Shown here: one piece after another, positions 28,425 to 36,415 of the stretch
Layout of the letters: every line of letters begins with the position of its first letter
Position numbering within the stretch: position 1 is the stretch's first letter
Virus record (IMG/VR): IMGVR_UViG_3300027863_001119
Span: 69,381-133,380 of that record
Length of the DNA stretch: 64,000 bases
Origin: a virus
Strand: one strand, 5' to 3'
Made by a program: the position numbers and the translations under genes
Notes under the pieces: generated by a model
Database searches by the model: none
The model's input: only the letters and a program-made list of their open reading frames with translations
What the model was told of the DNA's origin: nothing

Positions 28425-28958
28425 GTGTTTATGTTTACTTTAATACTTGTAATATTTGGAATATGGATATATTTAAGATACTTAGGGCCTATAATTGTTT
28501 TTTTTCAAAAAGTAGATCCTTTAGCAAAGAAACCAACGAAGTCTTATGGAAGAGCTGCGTGTTGGGATGTTTATTCTGTTGAAAGTGTAACAATTCCAAC
28601 TGAACAATGGAGACAAGTGAGATTAGGAATTAAGATTGCACCTGCGTTTCATTTTTATATTCCTTTCTTATCATTAACAATCACTCCTTTTGGTAATGTT
28701 GCATATAAAATTCACACACGCTCAGGGTTAGCTTTTAGAAAAGGTTTGAGAAATCATTTAGGTATAATTGATAATGACTATAGAGAGGAACTTACCGTAA
28801 TTATATATAATCATGGCAAATATCCTTTTACCGTTAAGAAAGGAGATAAAATTGCTCAAATAGAGTTCTTTAGAGTTCCTACTGTTATCTTTTTTCATAA
28901 AAAGAAACTTTCCAATTCTGCACGGAGTACTAAAGGATTTGGGAGTTCTGGAAGATAA
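28425..28958 (+). CDS. dut: Trimeric dUTPase with a hydrophobic N-terminus
   Basis: RSGLA, GIIDNDYR, GDKIAQ, RSTKGFGSSG. Confidence 0.9.
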   Translation: MFMFTLILVIFGIWIYLRYLGPIIVFFQKVDPLAKKPTKSYGRAACWDVYSVESVTIPTEQWRQVRLGIKIAPAFHFYIPFLSLTITPFGNVAYKIHTRSGLAFRKGLRNHLGIIDNDYREELTVIIYNHGKYPFTVKKGDKIAQIEFFRVPTVIFFHKKKLSNSARSTKGFGSSGR

Positions 28959-28978
28959 TATAAAAAAAGGAGGTTATT

Positions 28979-30031
28979 ATGTATTACAGTGTTATTTCTT
29001 TTGCACCTGAACCAGTTTTATATACTTTTGATAATGTTCAAGATGCTATCATAGGATTATCTAATATTAATATAATTCCTCAAACTTGTACTTTAAAAGA
29101 TATTACTTTAAAGGAAACCGGAGAGTTAGAAATAGCTGGAAGATCTTGTAATATAACTAAAAAAGGGTTTGAAGACTTTTTAAAAGTTTTAGGTATACCA
29201 GTTATTTATGCAAAGAAAGTTCCTTATGATGTGTTGATATATGATATTAGATCAATACAACAACTTAATAGTGGTATGGAAGTAACTGTTTTATGGAGAA
29301 ATGATGTTAGTGTATCTACAATTATTAAAAAGAAATATTCAGAAATTTCATATTCTTCTATTTTGGATACTTTTGCTTCAAAACCAATTAAAAGGATACA
29401 AGCAAGCGAAGATTTAATGAAGATAAGTTTTATTTTTAAAGAATTATCAATTCCAGATCAAAATTCAATGTTTGTAGGTGAGTTTTTATATGCTTCTTTA
29501 ACTTCTAAAAAACCTCTTCAAATATGCGCAGGGTTATATAAAATAGATTGTGAAAATTCATTTATAATGCCTCTTTTAGGAAAAGTGGTTGCAAATTATT
29601 TAAAACCTGCAGATATAAGATTGTTAAGATTTTTTGATACTTTCGAATGTTATGACAGTGCAATTGTTAGTGTAGTTTTTGATAAGTTTTCTAAGAAGAA
29701 AGATTCTTATTTAACACAAGTAGATGTTGTAGATATTTGGAAAAAGACAAGTTCAATATTTTCAAAGACAGATGCAGATCTCTTATTTGGTTTTGACGAG
29801 AATACTCGTAATTATATGATTAATAATGTTAATGCTTATAAGACTCAATATAAAAAAGCTGCTCTTCTTGGGCAAGAATTACCTCTTTCTCCAATAACAC
29901 CATTTACTTATTATGAGATAGCAAATAAAATTACAACTGTTGCGCATAGACTTTATAATATTTGGGATCAAACTAACGCAGAGTTGTTAGGAGGGAGTAT
30001 TTTACAAAAAATGATTTTTTCAAAGAATTAA
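28979..30031 (+). CDS. DUF932-like hypothetical protein
   Basis: LGIPVIYAKK, KKYSEI, GLYKIDCENS resemble DUF932-type motifs. Confidence 0.5.
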   Translation: MYYSVISFAPEPVLYTFDNVQDAIIGLSNINIIPQTCTLKDITLKETGELEIAGRSCNITKKGFEDFLKVLGIPVIYAKKVPYDVLIYDIRSIQQLNSGMEVTVLWRNDVSVSTIIKKKYSEISYSSILDTFASKPIKRIQASEDLMKISFIFKELSIPDQNSMFVGEFLYASLTSKKPLQICAGLYKIDCENSFIMPLLGKVVANYLKPADIRLLRFFDTFECYDSAIVSVVFDKFSKKKDSYLTQVDVVDIWKKTSSIFSKTDADLLFGFDENTRNYMINNVNAYKTQYKKAALLGQELPLSPITPFTYYEIANKITTVAHRLYNIWDQTNAELLGGSILQKMIFSKN

Positions 30032-30113
30032 GAAATAAATAATTTATAAGTGTGAGATTGTGTATATTATTATATTAAATATAATAAATAGTAAAAACAA
30101 AGTATAAGAAGAT

Positions 30114-31358
30114 ATGATTAAGTCATTACATATAAAAAACTTTCAATCTCATAAAGATACTTTTGTTGAATTTGACCCAAATGTTACTGCAATTATTGGA
30201 TTAAATAACCATGGAAAGAGTGCTATTCTCAAGGCTTTAAGAAAGATAGTTAGAAATTTACCATTAGGAGATTCTTTTATAAGAGAACTACCAGAAGATT
30301 CTAAACTTTGTAGTATTGTTGTTAAATCTTTTATAGAAAATTTAGGAGAAACTACTGTATTTCGTGTTATAGAAAGAAATGGAGAAAACTCTTATAAGGT
30401 ATTACTTCCTTCAAAAGAAGAATATTTTTTTAATAAGTTTTCTAAGACGGGAATTCCAGACGAGGTAGTTCATTCTTTAGGCGTATCTCCTCCCATCCTA
30501 TTAGACGATAATTTAGAAATAGATTTAAATTTTCACGTTCAAAAAGATGAAGACTTTTTGATAAGAGGGAAAGGACTTGCTTCTATTAGAAATAAAATAA
30601 TAAGTAAGATTACTGGAATAGATATTGTACAAAAAGCATTTCAGGTTGTAAAAACGAAAGAGAAAAAGATAGAATCCGAAATTTCTACTCTTAAAAAAAG
30701 GAAGGAAGATTTAGATAAAAAATTACTTAATTATGAAGACCTTGATAGTATTTTGATAGAAATGGATTCTATAAAGAATCAAGTTATTGAATATCGAAAT
30801 AAAGAAGATTTTTTGAATTATCTTAACAAGAGTTTAAATGATTTAAATTTATTAATTACTAAAGCAGTTTCTGTTAAACGAATAGTAGATTTAATTGTTA
30901 TACCTTTTGATATAAGTGTTTTACATAATAAAACTTTTATTTTAACTCTTTTAAGAAAACTTAGTTCTATTAGTTACAATTTAAGTTCGACCAACCTTGT
31001 TTTATCTGTATTAGATACTACGAAAACTCTTAATACAGATCATTTAAGTTTTCTTTTTTACAAGAAAAACCTTTTAGAAAAACAATTAAAGTTGTTTAAC
31101 AGAATACAATCTTTACATCTTATTTACTCATTGGATTTTACTTCTTTAAAATCATCTTTAGATAGAGTAGAAACAATTTATAAAAATATTTCTTTCTTAA
31201 AAGAGAAGAAAAAACATTTTGATTATTTGTTTAATAATATTGAAGAAAAAGAAAAACAGATAGAAGATATTAAAGTGTTAATAGAAAAAGAGGTACAATG
31301 TTTACAAAAAATAAAAGAAGAACTAAAAATTTGTCCTATTTGTAATAGACCATTTTGA
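30114..31358 (+). CDS. sbcC: SbcC/Rad50 ATPase N-terminal half, ending at the Zn hook
   Basis: IKNFQSH, GLNNHGKS Walker A, Q-loop, coiled coil, terminal CPIC. Confidence 0.88.
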   Translation: MIKSLHIKNFQSHKDTFVEFDPNVTAIIGLNNHGKSAILKALRKIVRNLPLGDSFIRELPEDSKLCSIVVKSFIENLGETTVFRVIERNGENSYKVLLPSKEEYFFNKFSKTGIPDEVVHSLGVSPPILLDDNLEIDLNFHVQKDEDFLIRGKGLASIRNKIISKITGIDIVQKAFQVVKTKEKKIESEISTLKKRKEDLDKKLLNYEDLDSILIEMDSIKNQVIEYRNKEDFLNYLNKSLNDLNLLITKAVSVKRIVDLIVIPFDISVLHNKTFILTLLRKLSSISYNLSSTNLVLSVLDTTKTLNTDHLSFLFYKKNLLEKQLKLFNRIQSLHLIYSLDFTSLKSSLDRVETIYKNISFLKEKKKHFDYLFNNIEEKEKQIEDIKVLIEKEVQCLQKIKEELKICPICNRPF

Positions 31359-31381
31359 GTAACTAAACATAGGAAAACATT

Positions 31382-32329
31382 ATGAGGATAGGATATTTAA
31401 CAGATATACATATGAGGTTAGAAACTCCTGAAGGAAGAACTGATAATTTTAGAAATTCTCTTCTTTTAAAATTAGAAGAATGTGGAGATATTTTCAATAA
31501 AGAAAATTGTGATATTGTTTTATGTGGCGGGGATTGGACAGATAGACCAGATGTTTCTTATAGCGCTTTTAATGATTTAGCTAAAGTGTTAAAGTCTTGG
31601 AATTTACCTATTATAGGAATAATAGGAAGTCATGATTATTATGGATATGAGTTAAAAAGTTTAAGAAGAACTGCAGTAGGAGCTTTAGTTATATCTGGTA
31701 TAATAGATTTAGTAGGGATTGGTGATCAACAGTTTGTAGAGGTGAAAGATAAAAAAAATCAAAAAGACATTATTATTTGTGGGACTCCTCATACTTATTA
31801 TTTAGATTTTAATCCTGAAAATTATTACAAGCCTTTATATAAGAATGGTTCTATTCAAATTCAATTAACTCATGGTTCTTTATTAGAGTCTCCTGCTCCT
31901 TTTGAACACGTCTTGATAGAAAATGTTAAGACAGAATCTCATATAGTATTAGGTGCTCATTATCATCCGGGGTTTAAGAAAGTTCATAATATTAAGGGTA
32001 CTTTTTTTGCACATCCTGGCTCTATTGCAAGACTTGATAATACTGGTGTCAGAAGAATTCCTAAAGTATTGATAATAGATATTGAGGACAAAATTAATTT
32101 TAATTTTGTAGAATTAAAAAGTGCTTTAGAACATCCCTTTAAAGATAAAATAATAAAAGAAGAAATTCCGGAAATTTCAGTTGATAGAGTGTTAGAGCTT
32201 ATACAAGATGTCAAGGTAGGTATTGTTGATGTTAAACAGAGATTATATCAAATTTGTAAAGAATTAGATTATTCTGATGACATTATAGAAGAAGCTTTTA
32301 ATTTAATAGAACAAGTAGAAAAACAATAA
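31382..32329 (+). CDS. sbcD: SbcD/Mre11-like metallophosphoesterase nuclease
   Basis: TDIH, GGD, GSHD, LTHG, GAHYH, PGS. Confidence 0.9.
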   Translation: MRIGYLTDIHMRLETPEGRTDNFRNSLLLKLEECGDIFNKENCDIVLCGGDWTDRPDVSYSAFNDLAKVLKSWNLPIIGIIGSHDYYGYELKSLRRTAVGALVISGIIDLVGIGDQQFVEVKDKKNQKDIIICGTPHTYYLDFNPENYYKPLYKNGSIQIQLTHGSLLESPAPFEHVLIENVKTESHIVLGAHYHPGFKKVHNIKGTFFAHPGSIARLDNTGVRRIPKVLIIDIEDKINFNFVELKSALEHPFKDKIIKEEIPEISVDRVLELIQDVKVGIVDVKQRLYQICKELDYSDDIIEEAFNLIEQVEKQ

Positions 32330-32348
32330 TTAAGAGGAGGACTAAAAA

Positions 32349-32957
32349 ATGTATGAAATTTCTAAAGAATTTGAATTTGATTACGGCCACAGAGTGTGGA
32401 CACAAGATTTGAATAAAGATTTTAGTCTAACATCTACAAATGCTTGTAGACATTTACATGGACATAGAGGTAAGATAGTTGTTAGTTTGAAAGGTAGTAA
32501 TTTAGGAGAAGACGGAATGTTAACGGACTTTAATAATCTTAATATATTTAAAAAGTGGGTAAATGATTATCTTGATCATAAGTTTCTTTTTCATTTACAA
32601 GATCCTCTATTCAAAGCTGAACTTGAAATGTTAAAAAATCTTTTAGGAATTTTTGACAGTTCTGTTTATGATTATTTAGAATCAAAAGGAGAGGGTTATT
32701 ATGTAATAAAGCAAACGATTTTAGAAATGATTAAGTCTAAAGCAGAAGAAGATTCTTTTTATTTATGTTTATTAGATAAATGGAAAGGATTAACTATTTT
32801 AGACTTTGTACCAACTTCAGAAAATTTGTCGAAGTGGGTATTTGATATAGTAACAGAAATGTTAAAACCTTTATTAAAAGACTCTGGAGTTAAAGTTAGT
32901 AAGATAGATTTTTATGAAACTCCAAAGTCAAAGTCTACTTTTGAGAGGAACTTATGA
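32349..32957 (+). CDS. queD: 6-carboxy-5,6,7,8-tetrahydropterin synthase
   Basis: FDYGHR, CRHLHGH, DF, LDH, PTSENL, ETP. Confidence 0.92.
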   Translation: MYEISKEFEFDYGHRVWTQDLNKDFSLTSTNACRHLHGHRGKIVVSLKGSNLGEDGMLTDFNNLNIFKKWVNDYLDHKFLFHLQDPLFKAELEMLKNLLGIFDSSVYDYLESKGEGYYVIKQTILEMIKSKAEEDSFYLCLLDKWKGLTILDFVPTSENLSKWVFDIVTEMLKPLLKDSGVKVSKIDFYETPKSKSTFERNL

Positions 32958-33196
32958 AAGTAATTTTAAAACAGAATAACGTAAAAATTTTATCACATTC
33001 TTTAAATTTAGTTTTTTATTGTAAAGAATGTGGAGCGGAGTTTCAGTCTGATGAGTATCAAGTTGTAGATGACACAATACAAGATGTATGTCCTACTTGC
33101 AAGTCTTTATGTATAATAAATATGAAAGAAGAAGTTGATTTTTTATTAAAAAAACTTATGTTAAAGGAAGATGAAAATAAAGCTTTATTCTATTGA
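32954..33196 (+). CDS. Small Zn-ribbon protein
   Basis: CKECG...CPTC. Confidence 0.7.
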   Translation: MKVILKQNNVKILSHSLNLVFYCKECGAEFQSDEYQVVDDTIQDVCPTCKSLCIINMKEEVDFLLKKLMLKEDENKALFY

Positions 33197-33422
33197 TAAT
33201 TTTTATGTTAGTCCAGTTAAAGATAATTATTTAGCTATTTTAAAAAGAATTGACAATTTGTTAGAATTTTTTAATTCTAAAGTTGAAACTTTACAAGGTA
33301 TGAGAAAGAAGATATTGTTAAATAAATATTATACTAGTATTGATGTTTTTGAGATAGATTCTTTAGAAGAATTGAAAAATTGGGATAAGAAAGATTGGAC
33401 TGAGAAAGATTTTCCATTTTAA
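33171..33422 (+). CDS. Hypothetical protein
   Basis: ORF in a tightly packed operon. Confidence 0.6.
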   Translation: MKIKLYSIDNFYVSPVKDNYLAILKRIDNLLEFFNSKVETLQGMRKKILLNKYYTSIDVFEIDSLEELKNWDKKDWTEKDFPF

Positions 33423-33443
33423 AAAAAAAGAAGGAGTAATATT

Positions 33444-33719
33444 ATGGGAAAAAATGATGATATCTTAAAAAAGATCGAAGAAATTAATAAAAAAGTGAAG
33501 GATTTAGAAACAAAAAAAATTAGAGCAGAACAAGAGTTGAAGTTTCTTCAGGATCAATATAATGAAACAATCGAAGAGTTAAGAAAAAATGGTATTGATG
33601 ATGTGCAAAACATACCTGATATGATTATAAGTTTAGAAAAAGAAATTGATGATATGATTAGTAATATAGAGTCTCAAATTTTGCAAATAGAACAAAAGTT
33701 ACAATCTATTTCTGATTAA
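33444..33719 (+). CDS. Coiled-coil protein (possible middle segment of the split SbcC)
   Basis: Continuous heptad pattern; lies between the two SbcC halves. Confidence 0.65.
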   Translation: MGKNDDILKKIEEINKKVKDLETKKIRAEQELKFLQDQYNETIEELRKNGIDDVQNIPDMIISLEKEIDDMISNIESQILQIEQKLQSISD

Positions 33720-33729
33720 AAGAAAGATA

Positions 33730-34053
33730 TTGACTATGGCTAAATCAAAATTAAAAAAGAATAGTAATAACTTACCGTTATTTGATCAGCCTTTGAAGAA
33801 AAAGGCTCCTTCTCTTTATATAGAAGAAGGTAAATATTATTATACTAGAGGTGGATGGATTGCAAAGGTTGTTTATGTTAATGATAAAGATGATATATGT
33901 TATGCAGTACATAATCCTAAGACACCTTTTGAAGTTGGTCCTGTATTACATATGTTAAGCACGGGATTTGCAGCTCCTCTATTTAGTATAGTAGAACCCC
34001 CTGCTTATACAGGACATCCAGCAGATTTAATAAAGGAGGCAGAAGTGCAATGA
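33730..34053 (+). CDS. Hypothetical protein
   Basis: GKYYYTRGG..AKV pattern typical of small phage proteins. Confidence 0.65.
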   Translation: MTMAKSKLKKNSNNLPLFDQPLKKKAPSLYIEEGKYYYTRGGWIAKVVYVNDKDDICYAVHNPKTPFEVGPVLHMLSTGFAAPLFSIVEPPAYTGHPADLIKEAEVQ

Positions 34054-34739
34054 CTATTGATGAAAAGGTTTTATCTTTAAATAATAAGATTTACAGATTA
34101 GTAGGGATAAGGGATTCTTTAAAAAAAGATTTAAAAAGTGTTCTTGATGATATAAGTGAAAAAGAAAAAGATCTTTCTATACTTTCTAAAGTTAAGAGGT
34201 TATTTGAAGTTTTTATAAAAGGCATGGAAGTTCAATCAAAAAAATATATTGAACCAATAGTTACAGAAGCGCTACATTTTATCTTTAATCAAAATTTATA
34301 TTTTCATATAGTGTTTGTTAATAGAAGGAATCAGATTGAGGTAGATTTTGTAGTTCTTCCTAATCTTGAAAAAGAAACTTTGTACCAAGAATATTTAAAA
34401 GATTTTGAAAACTATAAAGAAGAGATTGAAGAAATGTTAAGTAATTATAGTGATATTGCTTTTTTATATGGAGGAGCTGTTAGTGAAGTATTAGGATTAA
34501 TATTAAGATTTTTATTTGCGGAATTACTAAAAATAGAAGGACCTATCATATTAGATGAACCTACATCTTCAGTTCATGAAGAGTATGCAAATAGAGTTGG
34601 AATTTTTATAAAGTCATTAAGCGAAAGATTTAATAGACAAGTAATTTTTGTAACCCACAGTCAAGCTCTTGCATCTTCTGCTAATAAAGTATATGAAGTT
34701 ATAAAAGATAATGATGTAAGTACAATAAAGGAGTTATAA
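34050..34739 (+). CDS. SbcC/Rad50 ATPase C-terminal half
   Basis: Coiled coil, degenerate signature YGGA, ILDEP Walker B, VTH H-loop. Confidence 0.85.
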   Translation: MTIDEKVLSLNNKIYRLVGIRDSLKKDLKSVLDDISEKEKDLSILSKVKRLFEVFIKGMEVQSKKYIEPIVTEALHFIFNQNLYFHIVFVNRRNQIEVDFVVLPNLEKETLYQEYLKDFENYKEEIEEMLSNYSDIAFLYGGAVSEVLGLILRFLFAELLKIEGPIILDEPTSSVHEEYANRVGIFIKSLSERFNRQVIFVTHSQALASSANKVYEVIKDNDVSTIKEL

Positions 34740-34747
34740 TATTAGTT

Positions 34748-35239
34748 ATGTATGATGTAGAGTTAGAAGTATTCAAAGACAACATTATTAAAGCTCCAAT
34801 ACATTGTCCTTATAAATATAAGTTTTCTAAAGGAGAAGGAGAGTTCTACGAAGAAATTTTTGTAGTAAATTCTTCTATTTGTGTTCTTTGTAGACTTTGT
34901 AATTTTAAATCTAAGCTTTCTATAGATATTAAGGAAAAAGAGTTTGTTAAGTACTTAACTTATCAAAATGAAGAAGTTTATGATTCTATACTTAGACAAA
35001 GTTCTTATTTGAGAAAGAATAATAGAATACCTTTGATTATATTAATAAGTCCTGTTGTATTTGATTGTATGATAAATTTTGTATATAGAGATTACTCCCA
35101 AGAAGATAGAAATGCTATAAAGTCTTACTTCTTTACAAAAGAAAAACCCATTTGTTACATACTTGGATGTCCTGTATACCTTTCTCCTAAACTTACCAAG
35201 TCTTCCATTATGGTAGTAGGCGAAATTGAATGGAAGTAA
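34748..35239 (+). CDS. Hypothetical protein
   Basis: 163-aa ORF with a Cys cluster. Confidence 0.65.
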   Translation: MYDVELEVFKDNIIKAPIHCPYKYKFSKGEGEFYEEIFVVNSSICVLCRLCNFKSKLSIDIKEKEFVKYLTYQNEEVYDSILRQSSYLRKNNRIPLIILISPVVFDCMINFVYRDYSQEDRNAIKSYFFTKEKPICYILGCPVYLSPKLTKSSIMVVGEIEWK

Positions 35240-35254
35240 TTTAGCTTATTTTTT

Positions 35255-35265
35255 TTGTATTATAT
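35255..35265 (+). promoter_or_regulatory. Candidate phage promoter element TTGTATTATAT (copy 3)
   Basis: Exact intergenic repeat upstream of the transglycosylase gene. Confidence 0.5.
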
Positions 35266-35303
35266 ATATGTATTAAAGGTATAAAGAAAAAGAAGGAGAA
35301 TAT

Positions 35304-35999
35304 GTGATGAAGTTTTTAAGTGTAAAATATTTAAAGATTATAATATTTTTATTACTCCTTTTTTTAGGAGTGTTTTTAATAGTTAATTACTATTCAACTC
35401 ATTTTTTATCTAAATCTGTTTCTACAAAAAACAACAAGAATTTAGATGTTTCTTATGAAATGATGTTTGTAGAAGATGATTTACATACTTATGGATATTC
35501 TAGTCGTTTTATAAAAATTGTCAAAGATGCAATTACATCTGCTTCTAAAGAATTTGATATTCCTATTGGATTATTACACGCAATTTTTCGTATAGAATCT
35601 GATTATCATTTTAATATTACTCATCCTACTGTAACTGTTATGGTAAAAGGTAAACCTGTTGTAACTAATGCAATTGGATTAGGCGGAATTATTTGGGAAT
35701 TTTGGGGGGATAGTTTAATTTCTAAAGGTATTGCAGAAAATAAAATGGATTTATATTTGCCCGATGTTAATATAAGAGCATCTGCTTATGTTTTACGCGT
35801 TTTAATTAATCAAGAGTTATCTAAAAGTGGGAGAAAGAATTTTATGTTAAGTTCTGTTATAACACGATATTATGGAGAGTATTCTCAAATGTATATGTTA
35901 AAAATGGAGAAAGTAACTTCTGATTTGTGGATGAAGCGTATTACAAAAGAGATCGTTAAGAAAGAAACAAATCTTTTTAATAAAAATACTATATATTAA
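35304..35999 (+). CDS. Membrane-anchored lytic transglycosylase (SLT-like)
   Basis: N-terminal TM helix; AIFRIES (catalytic Glu), AIGLG, NI..SAYVL, Y.G. Confidence 0.72.
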   Translation: MMKFLSVKYLKIIIFLLLLFLGVFLIVNYYSTHFLSKSVSTKNNKNLDVSYEMMFVEDDLHTYGYSSRFIKIVKDAITSASKEFDIPIGLLHAIFRIESDYHFNITHPTVTVMVKGKPVVTNAIGLGGIIWEFWGDSLISKGIAENKMDLYLPDVNIRASAYVLRVLINQELSKSGRKNFMLSSVITRYYGEYSQMYMLKMEKVTSDLWMKRITKEIVKKETNLFNKNTIY

Positions 36000-36016
36000 T
36001 TATAAGGAGGAAAACT

Positions 36017-36175
36017 ATGAATTCTTTTAAGGATATTTTAAAGATCGATAAAAAAAATATTATTACTAAAGTGGCGTTGTCTTCTTCTGATGAAAGAAAT
36101 ATTGACCATAGAAGACAAGTAATGCCTTTTTATAAAGTTCTTCTTCGAAAGAAGAGGAGAGTGAGAGATAATTAA
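36017..36175 (+). CDS. Small basic protein (52 aa, absent from the ORF track)
   Basis: AAGGAGG RBS then MNSFKDILKIDKKNIITKVALSSS...RKKRRVRDN. Confidence 0.65.
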   Translation: MNSFKDILKIDKKNIITKVALSSSDERNIDHRRQVMPFYKVLLRKKRRVRDN

Positions 36176-36229
36176 AAATTTTATAGTTTTTTATGAAGTT
36201 ATTACTATATATTTTAAGGATGAAAGATT

Positions 36230-36415
36230 ATGTTGGAAAAGACGTTTAATATATCAATAGATTCAAAGAACCAACAATATGTTGAGTGTCCTTTATGTAA
36301 AAATTTGGTGTTGATTGAAAATTTTAATTCTAAAGAAAATAAGTGTATTCAATGTATAAATAAAGATAAAGGTACAAGAAATGATAACAAGAAGACCTCC
36401 AATTCAGAACGCTAA
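36230..36415 (+). CDS. Small Zn-finger protein
   Basis: CPLC...CIQC. Confidence 0.55.
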   Translation: MLEKTFNISIDSKNQQYVECPLCKNLVLIENFNSKENKCIQCINKDKGTRNDNKKTSNSER

